NCBI RefSeq assembly: GCF_030028105.1
Contig: NC_092398.1
Location: 21,090,254-21,154,253, forward strand
Direction: 5' to 3'
Length of the DNA: 64,000 nucleotides
Origin: Mobula birostris
Taxonomy: Eukaryota
Under the pieces are notes generated by a model that worked only from the letters and a program-made list of their open reading frames with translations, was not told the origin of the DNA and ran no database searches. Numbering within the stretch: position 1 is the first letter of the stretch; the number at the start of each line of letters is the position of its first letter. Below, one piece after another: positions 24,499 to 34,962 of this stretch. Made by a program: the position numbers and the translations under genes.

Positions 24499-25855
24499 AA
24501 ACACATTGATGAAGGTAGAGCAGTGGATGTAGTGTGTATGGATTTGAGTAAGGCCGTTGATAAGGTACCCCATGCAAGGTTCATTCAGAAAGTAATGAAG
24601 CATGGGATCTAAGGAGACCTTGCTTTGTGGATCCAGAATTGGCTTGCCCACAGAAGGTAAAGGGTGGTTATGGATGGTTCATATTCTGCATGGAGGACGG
24701 TGACCAGTGGTGTTCTGCAGGGATCTGTTCTGAGACCCCTCCTCTTTGTGATTTTTATAAATGACCTTTGATGAGGAAGTAGAAGCGTGGGTTTGTAAGT
24801 TTGTTGAAGATACAAAAGTTGAGGGTGTTGTGGATAGTCTGGAGGGTTACGCCCTAGAGTTACGCCACCAGCCAATCCTCAGGGTTAAATATAGCACCGT
24901 GGTTAGAACCCACTTGCAGTACTGTGTTCAGTTCTGGTCACCTCACTACAGGAAGGATGTGAATACGATAGAGAGGAGATTCACAGGGATGTTGCCTGGA
25001 TTGGGGAGCATGCCTTACAAGAATAGGTTGAGTGAACTTGGTCTTTTCTCCCTGGAGCGACAAAGGATGAGAGGTGACCTGATCGAGGTGTGTAAGATAA
25101 TGACAGGCATTGATTGTCTGGATAGTCAGAGGCTTGTTAGGGACTCTTAGATAGGTAAATGGAGCTTAGCAAAATAGAGGGCTATGCGGTAAGGAAGTTC
25201 TGGGCAGCTTCTAGAGCAGGTTACTAGGTTGGCACAACATTGTGGGCCGAAGGGCCTGTACCGTGCTAGATTTTCGAACTTCTATGTTCTATAGGTGGAG
25301 ATATGGATAGCGTATGGGACTGGCAAAGCATATAGTGTGATATACTGATGATCAGTTGCAGATATCGGCTGAGAAACGGCAGGCGGAGTTTTATCCAGAT
25401 AAATGTGAGGTGCTGCACCTTGGTAGGGCAAATGCTGGCAGACAGTGCGCTGTTCAGGGCAAGATTCTTAATAGCGTTGCTGAGCAGAGAGATCTTGATG
25501 TCCAAGTTCATAGATCCAAGAAACAGTCTACACAGGTCAATAGGGTGTTTAGAAAGCTTTATGGGATGTTCGTTTTTAGTTCGCAGTGCATTGAGTTCAA
25601 GAGGTTGAGATACAACTTTATAAAAGTCAGGTTAGGCCACGTCTGGAGTAATGCATACAGTCCTGGTCACCCAGCAGAGGACGTTGAGCTTTGGAGAGGG
25701 CGCAGAAGAGGTTTACCAGGATGCTGCCTGGTTTCGAGGGCATGTACTACCAGGAGAAGCTGGATAAACTTGGAGTGTTTTCTTTGGAGTGACAGAGGTT
25801 CAGAGGAGATTTGATTGAGGTTTATAAGATTATGAGACACATAGATGGAATAGAC
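24499..25855 (+). mobile_element. Two stacked degenerate CR1 RT/3' fragments (paralogues about 39590-41157 and 57484-59051)
   Basis: [51 protein letters not shown] tail near 25280, then a further DKCEVLHLGR fragment. Confidence 0.85.
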
Positions 25856-26039
25856 TAATTTTTTTTTTAAAATGCCTCATGTTCATCTGGATTAAACTTC
25901 ATCCTCTATTTCTCTGCCCACATTTCCAATTGGTCTCTATCCTAATGAATTCTTTGACACCGTGACTCACTATCAACAACGTTAGTCTCACATTTAACAA
26001 TCAGCTAGCTACACTTTTGTCCGGATGATGGAAATGAGA

Positions 26040-26400
26040 TTTAAATGGAACCTTTTGGATATTGAAAAGCCTCGAGAGATTGGACTTGGAGGGGATGTTT
26101 CCTGTACTGGGGGAGTCTAGGACCAGAGGGCACAACCTCAGAATAGAGGGACTTCCCTTTAGAATGGAGTTGAGGATTAATTTCTTTAGCCAGAGGGTGG
26201 TGAATCTGTGGAATTCATTGCCACAGATAGCTGTGAAGGCCAGGTCATTGGATATATTTAAAGTGTAGGAGGATAGGTTCTGGATGCATCAGAGCATCAA
26301 CGGTTAACGGGGAGAAAGCAGGAGATTGGAGTTGAGAGGGATCATAATCAACGTAAAGGTGGAGCAGACTCAACAGGCCTCATGGCCTAATTCTGCTCCT
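26040..26400 (+). mobile_element. CR1 3' end (also about 44915-45262, 62793-63140; partial 10935-11090)
   Basis: MFPVLGESRTRGHNLRI..FFSQRVVNLWNSLP followed by the CR1 3' UTR. Confidence 0.85.
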
Positions 26401-27490
26401 ATGTCTTGTGTCCTCCAACTTCAGTTTTGAATGCAAGTTCACAATCACCATTCAACGTCATATTCCGGAGCAGTTTACCATGAGGGGCCTTGTTAAATGC
26501 CTTACTGAAGTCCATGTGGACAACAGCCACTCTCCTACCCTTGCCAATCGCCTTCGTCACCTCCTGAAAAAGTTCAGCCAAGCCTGTCTGCCATGACCTG
26601 CTCTGTAAAAGGCCACGCTCACATCCCTCCTCTTCATTGACTGGGGGGTCTCTCAGGACACCCAGCACCACCACCTCCTTAATCTCAGCGTTCTCGTGCA
26701 AATTAGCAAGGCCCACACCATGCTCACTACCTTTCTTGTCCTTTTCCACGCTAGATTCCAACACAAGTTAGTCGCACGGTACCCCACCCCTGTCCAGTTA
26801 TTCCAAACATAAGCACCTCCCTCGGTTCCCGACCCGCAAGTCCCCAAAAAGGTGGAGACCATCATTAAGGACACCCATCACCCAAGCCACGCCTTGTTTT
26901 CATTGATACCATCGGGGAGGAGGTACAGAAGCCTGAAGTCACACATTCAATGATTCAGGAACAGCTTCTTCCCATCTGCCAGCAGATCTCTGAATAGGCA
27001 TTGAACCCAGGAACGCGACCTCACTGCTTTTTTATTTCTATTTTTGCACTACTTATTGAATTTAACTATTATATATATATACTTACTGTAATTCAGTTTT
27101 TTCTCTATTGTTTGTATTGCAATGCATTGTACACAGTCAATAAATTTCACAACATATGCCAGAGATTCTGATTCTGGTTCAATACAATACCTTGAGATTC
27201 TCTTTTATCTCACTCACCAAGGAGACTTTTGGCCACCTTCTTGAGTTCTATCCTGCATACATTTGTCTCTCATCCTCACTGAGGGGTCGTTCTCTGATAA
27301 CTGCTGCGGGATCCACTGTCAAGCCTGTGTGGGGTGCCTTCAGTTTAAACATCTGCTGTTGCAGAACCGGTTATGGACAGCAGGGGGAGACATTGTAGAG
27401 GGATAATCTGTGCCGAGCAAACTGCTGAAATCAGCTGAATGTTTCTGTACGTGACCCATATCCCACCATTCCCTGCACAATCATGTGTCT

Positions 27491-28012
27491 ATACACACTC
27501 AGTAAACACTTTATTTGGTCCCTCCTGTACTGAATACACTGGCCACTGAGTGTCTGCTTGTGATCTGCTGCTGTATCCTGTCCACTTCATGGTTTGACAT
27601 GTTGTGGGTTCAGAGATGTTCTCGGCACACCTTTGTTATAACGAGTGGATATTAGAGATACTGCCGCCTTCTTGACAGCTTGAGCCAGTCTGGCCATTCT
27701 CCTCTGATCTCTCTCATTAACAAGGCTTTTTCGTCCACAGAACTCAATGGATGTTTTCCCATTCGTTTTTCGCACCATTCTCTGTAAACTCTACAGACTG
27801 CTGTGCCTGAAAATCCCAGGAGATCAGCAGTTTCTGAGATAATCAAACCACCCCATCTGGCGCAAATAATACATTCACCAGTCAAAGTCACTTCGATCAC
27901 ATTTCATCCCCCATTCTGGTGTTTGGTCTGAACCTCTTGACCATGTCTGCGTGCTTTTATGCACTGGGTTGCCACCACGTAATTGGCTGATCAGACACTT
28001 GCACTAACGAAG
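27491..28012 (-). mobile_element. Tc1/mariner non-autonomous remnant (transposase N-terminal HTH only; also about 46365-46915)
   Basis: GARWGGLSISETADLLGFSGTAVCRVYREW...LVNER.QRRMARL; terminal hairpin CACTCAGT...ACTGAGTG at 27496-27552. Confidence 0.75.
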
Positions 28013-28034
28013 AGTCTTCTGTGTGTAGAAGTCT

Positions 28035-28310
28035 CTAGAGGTTAGCACGACGCTTTACAGTACGGGAGACCCAGGTTCTATTCCCGCCACTGCCAGTAAG
28101 GAGTTTGTACGTTCACCCTGTGACTGTGTGGGTTTCCTCTGGGTGCTCCGGTTTCCTCCCACAGTCCAAAGCCGTACCGGTGGAAAGGTTAATTGGCTAT
28201 TATAAATTGTCCTGTGATTAGGCAGGTTTAAATCAGGCAATTGCTGGGCGGCATGGCACCAAGGACTGGAAGAGTCCAATCTGCGTGGTGACTCAATAAA
28301 TTAATTAATT
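28035..28310 (+). mobile_element. tRNA-derived V-SINE (truncated copy about 46940-47102)
   Basis: Pol III B-box-like GGTTC(T/A)ATTCC plus V-domain GGGTTTCCTCTGGGTGCTCCGGTTTCCTCCCACAGTCCAAAG...GGTTAATTGG. Confidence 0.75.
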
Positions 28311-30212
28311 AAACAGTCTGGTGCGTCCACTCCCACTACCACCCATGGCAGCCCACTTTTGGCACCCAGCACACTTGCCCAGAACATCGTCTTTAAACTT
28401 TCCTTCCTCCCCCCTTGAAACGAAGCCCTCCTCCCGGCGGGGGGGGGGGGGAGGTGGCGTAGCGGGAGGAGAAACTGATCATCACTGTCCATCCCATCCC
28501 TGTCCTCATAATTTTATAAACTTCCGGAGAAGTCTCCCCTCAGCCCCCGGAGAAAACGATCCAGTTCTGTTTGCCCTCCCCATACAGCTCGAACTCTACC
28601 AACCCCTGGAGTTGCTGCAAGCTTTTCCTTGTAAACCAGGGGACCCCACCCTTTTCTAGGCCATGGTCCAATTAAGCAAGGGGTCTCCCCGGACCCCAGG
28701 GTGGGAAACGCTGGTGTAAACACAAGAGATTCTGCAGCTGTTGCTGACTCTTCCAGAGCAACACACACAGAATGTTGGAGGAACTATTGTTCGCTCATTA
28801 TGCACCGCGTCGTCTGGCATAGGCGATCGCGGCCTTCGATCAAGATTGTTCTTGGCAAATTTTTCTGCAGAAGTGGTTTGCCATTGCTATCTCTGGGTTG
28901 TGACTTTACAAGACACGAGACCCCAGCCATTGTCAATACTCCTCCGAGACTGTCTGCCTGGCGTCAGTGGTTGCATAACCAGGACTTGTGATATGCATCA
29001 GCTGCTCGTCTGACCAGCCACCACCTGCTCCCACGGCTTCACGTGACCCTGACCAGAGGGTCTACACCTTGCCCAAGGGTGACCTGCAGGTGAGTGGAGG
29101 AAAGGAGCACATTACATCTCCTTTGGTAGAGACGTATCTGCACCCCACCACCCTAGGAACTATGGAAAGAGATAAGAAGTCATGTTTATTCATTTCCATA
29201 TATGAATAAACATATCTATTAACTCATTTTATTAATTATGTAAAATAATTTTATTTTTAATGAATAAACAGTCCTGGTGAAGGACTCGGCCCAAAAGGTC
29301 GACTGTTTATTCATCTCCACAGACGCTGCCTGACCTGCTGAGTTCCCTCATTTTGTGTCTGTTGCCCCTGAAGTCTTTCGTTATACTTGTAGCTCACCAG
29401 ATATGGACATGAAAATACACAGGAATTGTGGTGATTTTTAATTGGAACTGTGACAGTCTTGAAATATTTGCAAGCAGTTTATCGAAGTCTCTCTTCTCTA
29501 GTTCACGTCAGATATAACCTCAGTTCACTGCAGCAAATGCTTTGCTGACCCACATTCCAGTGCCTGCTGCCTCTTGTGTCTTCATTCTCCCTCAAGCCAG
29601 AGAGGTGACGGAGCAACTTCAGAAACAATTGGTCAGCCCACACCTGGAGTTCAGTGTCCAGTTCTGGTCTCCACACTACAGGAAGGAGGTGACTGCACTG
29701 GAGAGGGTGCAGAGGAGATTCCCCACGACGTTGTCCAGGACGGAGCGTTTCGGTTACGAGGAGAGACCAGAGTCTGTTCTCCCTAGAGCGGGGGAGGCTG
29801 TGCAAGGACCTGATGGAGGGGGCTGGGGTGGGGTGGGGGGGGCAAAAATCATGGCTCGATCGAGCTGTGGTATCTGGTCACCATTGCAATAAGGAAGCCG
29901 GGCCCAGGAGGCAGTGAACCAACTTGGCCTGGACTCACTCAGAGGGTCCTTTAAGCTGGGGCAAGTTTTTTTTGATAGGATGCTATCGGGCGACTGCGGG
30001 GAAATATTCAGTTAGTTGCTCAGGGGATGAACAGACCACTGGCAAATAGGTGGTTGGGAGAGGTGGTCAGTGGTTTGCTATCAGCCGAGGATTCTGGTTC
30101 ACTAGGCCTTGTAGGACTGGAACAATGGTAGGCAAAGTGGGGGAGGGAATGGGTGTGATAATGGCAGGTCAGAGCAAGGAGCCAGCATTGGCAAGACATA
30201 GAAAGAGAGCCC

Positions 30213-31250
30213 TCACACACTGACAACCGTCCTGGAGATGGTCTTGATGTGGGTGCTGCAGGCTGACTCTGTCGGCTCCTCAGCAAAGGCCAAACGGAGC
30301 GAGCTGGACAGGGAGCGCCGGAAGACCTGGCGGAAGTCACGGCCAGCGAAGACATAGAGGATGGGGTTCAGGGCGCTGTTGAGGGAGGCTAGGCCCATGG
30401 ACAATGTATCCCAGATGAAGGCCACTTGATGTTTGAAGAAAGCCTGAGCTAGGCTGCAGATGTGGTATGGGAGCCAGCAGATGAAAAAGGCAGCAACTAC
30501 AAATGCAATGAGGCGGATAGGCTTCCTGGTCTTGCTGGACTTGGCGAACTTGCCCCTCTGCAGCGTTCGGCCGATCAGGAGGTAGCAGGATGCCATGATG
30601 AGGAAGGGGAAGACGAAGGCAAAAAGGGCCCGTGTCACTTCCACCACCTCCCTGGTCCGGTCTCCAAAATATGTTCCGGTGTAGTTCAAGGTGCAGAAAA
30701 TTAAGCCAAACTCAGAATCTATGTATATCTGCCGTGTCAGCAGAGTGGGCAGGCACATGAGGAAGGCGAGGCTCCAGGCCCCAAGGCAGGCCACACGCAC
30801 CCAAGGCAGGGACCGGTGAATCTGGGACCAAATGGGTCTAGTGACAGCCAGGCAGCGGTCGATGCTGATCATGGTCAATAGGAAGACACTGGCGTACATG
30901 TTGAGGACGATGGCTGAGGGAAGGAGCTTACAGAGGACGTTGTCTCTCGGCCAGGTGTTTTCCAGGGCAATGTTAGCCATCTGGAAGGGGAGGGTGAGGC
31001 AGTAGGTCAGGTCTGCCACAGCCAGGTTCAGGAACCACACCGTGTTGACACTTCGTTTCATCTTGAAGCCTGTCACCCAGATGACAGCACCGTTGCCAGG
31101 GACCCCCAACAGGAAAGTGAGCGTGTAGACAAAGATGGACAAGATGGAGGATGCTGGCAGATGGGTCCCATTATCCATAGTTAAGAACTCATCGGTGTAG
31201 TTTTCAAAGGAAGTAATGTTGAAAATCTCAAAATGTTCAGAACGGGACAT
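30213..31250 (-). CDS. C3a/C5a receptor-like GPCR, copy 3 (subtype B), 345 aa
   Basis: Same 7TM motifs; start MSRSEHFEIF at the position equivalent to copy 1, just after a ttctcttccag acceptor. Confidence 0.93.
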   Translation of the reverse strand: MSRSEHFEIFNITSFENYTDEFLTMDNGTHLPASSILSIFVYTLTFLLGVPGNGAVIWVTGFKMKRSVNTVWFLNLAVADLTYCLTLPFQMANIALENTWPRDNVLCKLLPSAIVLNMYASVFLLTMISIDRCLAVTRPIWSQIHRSLPWVRVACLGAWSLAFLMCLPTLLTRQIYIDSEFGLIFCTLNYTGTYFGDRTREVVEVTRALFAFVFPFLIMASCYLLIGRTLQRGKFAKSSKTRKPIRLIAFVVAAFFICWLPYHICSLAQAFFKHQVAFIWDTLSMGLASLNSALNPILYVFAGRDFRQVFRRSLSSSLRLAFAEEPTESACSTHIKTISRTVVSV

Positions 31251-31259
31251 GCTGAGCCT

Positions 31260-32637
31260 GGAAGAGAAGATATTGTGGAGGTGAGAGAGGTTGGGAGTGG
31301 AGGGAGGGGACAAGAAGAGAGATGGGTGAGGGAAAGAAGAGGGAAGGAGAGAGATGGGTGAGGGGAAAAGGAGGCAGGGAGAGATAGGGAGGGAAAAGAG
31401 GGAAGATAGGGTAAAAAAGAGAGTTTCAAGGGAGAGGAGAGGTAGGTAAAGGTGATGGAGGCCAAAAGGGGGGTGAAGGGAGAAAGGGAGGGGGAGGGGA
31501 ATGAACAACAGAGGAGGAACTGAAACGGCTGGATGAGGAGGTGCGAAGGGAGGATGTGAAGGGAAGAGAGGTGGATGGGTAAGGGGAGGATGGTGGGGCA
31601 GAGGAGACGGGGAAGGGAGGACAGGTGAAGATTGGTGAAGATGACAGGGGGATGAGGAATGAGGACAGTTGAGGAAAGGAAAGAGGAGTGAAATGGGAGA
31701 GGGACGGAGTAGACAAGGTGAGGAGAGGAGAGGAGGGAAGGGGATTATGGAGGGGGAGGGGAAGAGGGAAGAGGAGGGGAAATGGGAAGGAGAGAAGGAT
31801 GAGGAAAGGGGAGGGTGAAGGAGATGGGGATGAGGAGGAAGAAAGAGGGGAGTAGGGGAAGGGAAGAGGAGGAAGAGGAAGAGGAGAAAGGAGAGGGGGT
31901 GGGGAGAACATGAGAGGAAGGGTTGGAGGAGAAAGGGGAGGGGAGGAGGAGGAGGGAAGAGGTGGAGGAGGGAGGGTGAGGATGAGGGAGGAAGAATAAG
32001 AGCGAGGGGAAAAAGGAAGAGGGAGGGGAAGGAGGAGGATGGAATGGAAGGAGGATGAGGGTGTGCGAGGAAGTGGAGTGTGTACAGGGAGGAGGAGGGT
32101 GGAAAGGGAGGAGGTGAAGGAAGAAAGAGGGGAGGAGAAGAGAAGAAGAGGAAGAGAGAAGGTGAGGAGGAGAGAAGGCAAGGAGGAGGGAAGGGGAGGA
32201 GGAAGGAAGGGGAGGTGGAGGAGCAGGGATGGGGATGGGGAGAGGAAAGAGGAGTTAAGCTGGAAGCATTGCGTAGGAGACAGAAATGGAGGGATGAAGG
32301 GTAAAGGGAAGCAGGGAAGGGGTAGATATGGGGTGCGGTGAAGGGAGGTTGCAGTAAGTGTCAGGTACGAGCAAAGAGAAACGGGGACAGAGGATGTGAG
32401 GTGGAGTGGGGGAAGGGTTGAATGCACGAACGGTGGAAAGAATAAGGAAGGAAAAAGGGGAAGGTGAGTGACAAAGGGTGGAGGGGGTAGGGGAAGAGAT
32501 GTCGAGTGCAGAAGGAACAGGGAGGGGAGGGGAATGGGAGTGAGCAGGGAGAGAGATGGGGATTGAACAAGGGAAAGGGGTGAAGGTGGAAAAGAAGGGT
32601 AAGGGAAGGATAAGGGGGAAAGACAGAGAGAATGGAG
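31260..32637. repeat. GA-rich low-complexity tract, unit 3 (shorter)
   Basis: As in unit 1, with internal deletions totalling about 0.6 kb. Confidence 0.95.
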
Positions 32638-32982
32638 GTCACAACCATCTCCCCCCTGACTGCCCCTCCTGCCCCACGGTGCTCACTCCTCACCAGCCCG
32701 CACATGGCGCATTGGCTCTCCTCCCTGTCAGCCCCCTCCAGCCCCACAGCAGAGACGGGAAATGGACGGGGAAGGGGAAGAAAGTGGTCTTCAGCGTGAC
32801 GCTCCCTCCTCACCTCCTCATCCTCAGCACGGCACTCCCTCCTCACAGAAATGAAAGCAGTGTGCTCCTCCATCCTGCCCTCCCCACACCCACCCCCCGC
32901 ACCCTCCTCACCATTCATCATCCGCTGCCGGCTCCTAGGGACCCCAGCTCCGGCATCCCTTCCTGGGACCCCACCAACTCAC

Positions 32983-33375
32983 CTTGGAGCCTGCTCCCCC
33001 TCTCGATGAAGTTCAGCCTCCCCGTAATCTCCGGCTCACTCCGTCCCCCGGGCAGCAGAGAGTTGCACCCAGATCCCAAACCGTTGCGACCACCGCAACC
33101 AATCCTGGACATGAACCGTGCAGAAACGAACGGAATCGCTGTCCTCTGCCCCGGGGAGAGCAGGGAAGGTGGAACAGGACGCTGGTGCGGGAGAGGTCCG
33201 GAGAGTGGAGTGGGTCCCGTCTGAGGCTGACAAACACATCGTTATGATTTCGTCACATTTTTAATCTCTGGTGTCCGGTTTATCAGCTCAGTTCCTCAAA
33301 CTGAACTCAGCTGCGGACGGCAAGGCATTGAAGGGAAACCACAGCAGTTCCTGAATCAGAGAGAAAAGAGTAAAT
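32983..33375 (-). promoter_or_regulatory. Putative 5' non-coding exon and promoter, copy 3
   Basis: Same donor (intron 31258-32982) and motif cluster; RUNX-type AACCACA at 33337-33343. Confidence 0.55.
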
Positions 33376-34380
33376 GTCCCATCACATATTCCTGCAGTGA
33401 AGCACAGAGTGAACCTCCCTCCGCACCGTCCCATCACACACTCCCGGAGTCAGAAACAGAGTGAATCTCCCTCCACACCATCCCATCACATTCTCTCAGG
33501 GTCAGAAACAGAGTGAAGCTCCCTCCGCACAGTCCCATCACACACTCCCGGGGTCAGACACAGAGTGAACCTCCGTCCACACCGTCCCATCACACTCTTC
33601 TGTGGTCAGATACAGAGTGAAACTCCCTCCACACCGTCCCATCACACACTCCCGGAGTCAGACACAGAGTGAATCTCCCTCCGCACCGTCCCATCACACA
33701 CTCCCGGGGTCAGACACAGAGTGAAACTCCCTCCACACTGTCCCATCACACACTCCCGGGGTCAGAAACAGAGTGAACCTCCGTCCACACCGTCCCATCA
33801 CACTCTTCTGTGGTCAGACACAGAGTGAAACTCCCTCCACACCGTCCCATCACACTCTTCTGTGGTCAGATACAGAGTGAAACTCCCTCCACACCGTCCC
33901 ATCACACACTCCCGGAGTCAGAAACAGAGTGAATCTCCCTCCACACCGTCCCATCACATTCTCTCAGGGTCAGACACAGAGTGAAGCTCCCTCCACATAG
34001 TCCCATCACACACTCCCGGGGTCAGACACAGAGTGAACCTCCCTCCGCACCGTCCCATCACACAATCCCGGGGTCGGAAACAGAGTGAAGCTCCCTCCAC
34101 ACCGTCCCATCACACTCTTCTGTGGTCAGATACAGAGTGAAACTCCCTCCACACCGTCCCATCACACACTCCCGGAGTCAGAAACAGAGTGAATCTCCCT
34201 CCACACCGTCCCCTCACATTCTCTCAGGGTCAGACACAGAGTGAAGCTCCCTCCACACAGTCCCATCACACACTCCCGTGGTCAGACACACAGTGAAAGT
34301 CCCTCCACACTGTCAATCACACACTCCCGGGGTTAGACACAGAGTGAAGCTCCTTCCAGACTGTCCCATCACACACTCCT
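33376..34380. repeat. 52-bp minisatellite, about 19 units
   Basis: Anchors 33409 to 34344. Confidence 0.95.
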
Positions 34381-34962
34381 GCTGTGCAGCTGGAAGATTA
34401 AGTCAATGGTTTTGGGAGGGGCGCGAGGTTGGTGGTGTGGGAGATATTCACAGTCATCAGTCACGAGATGCTGCCTGCTTGGCTCAGCTGGGGTCCACCA
34501 TTGCGAGTTGTGGTTGTGTGCAAGAACTTTGGTTGTTGGGAGAGAGGCCGATCCCTCTATGAGCAAAGGAACTCCTGCTGTACTGTTGGGTCGGTGGCAA
34601 GAGATGTCTGTGGAACTGTGAGGTGCAAAGGAGCAAAGACTGTGACACTCCTATCATGAACACTTGCTGAACTCCCGCCCTTTCCCAGTTCCCTGCATGA
34701 AGAAAAAACGGGCAATAACCTGGACATTTTATTTTAAAAGTCTGGGCTGCCCACAGTTGACCTCGGTGAGGAGATCTTCTCCCAAACTCTGGACCCGCAC
34801 AGGAGACCATCACTATCTTTGCCCCTACTCCACACCGCATGCATCTCCCCTTTCCTCGGCTGTGGGCTTGTTTTCAAAGCTATCATTTCTCTTTTTAGCC
34901 TGCAAAGCACTCCTGATGTCTGCTTTAATTTTAGTGCTACACTGTTTGCGGCAAACAATATT

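Larger units (their letters stand above)
13362..29426. repeat. Tandem segmental duplication unit 2 (about 16.1 kb)
   Basis: Near-identical to unit 1 up to about 22.8 kb; the distal part has extra blocks shared with units 3/4. Confidence 0.95.

Noticed and set aside
28035-28100. tRNA gene
   Set aside because: Only a degenerate tRNA-derived SINE head; no cloverleaf.
1-29426. Units 1 and 2 as a pure assembly false duplication
   Set aside because: Multi-kb structural differences and shared derived features between unit 2 and units 3/4 favour true paralogy, though read depth is needed to exclude it fully.
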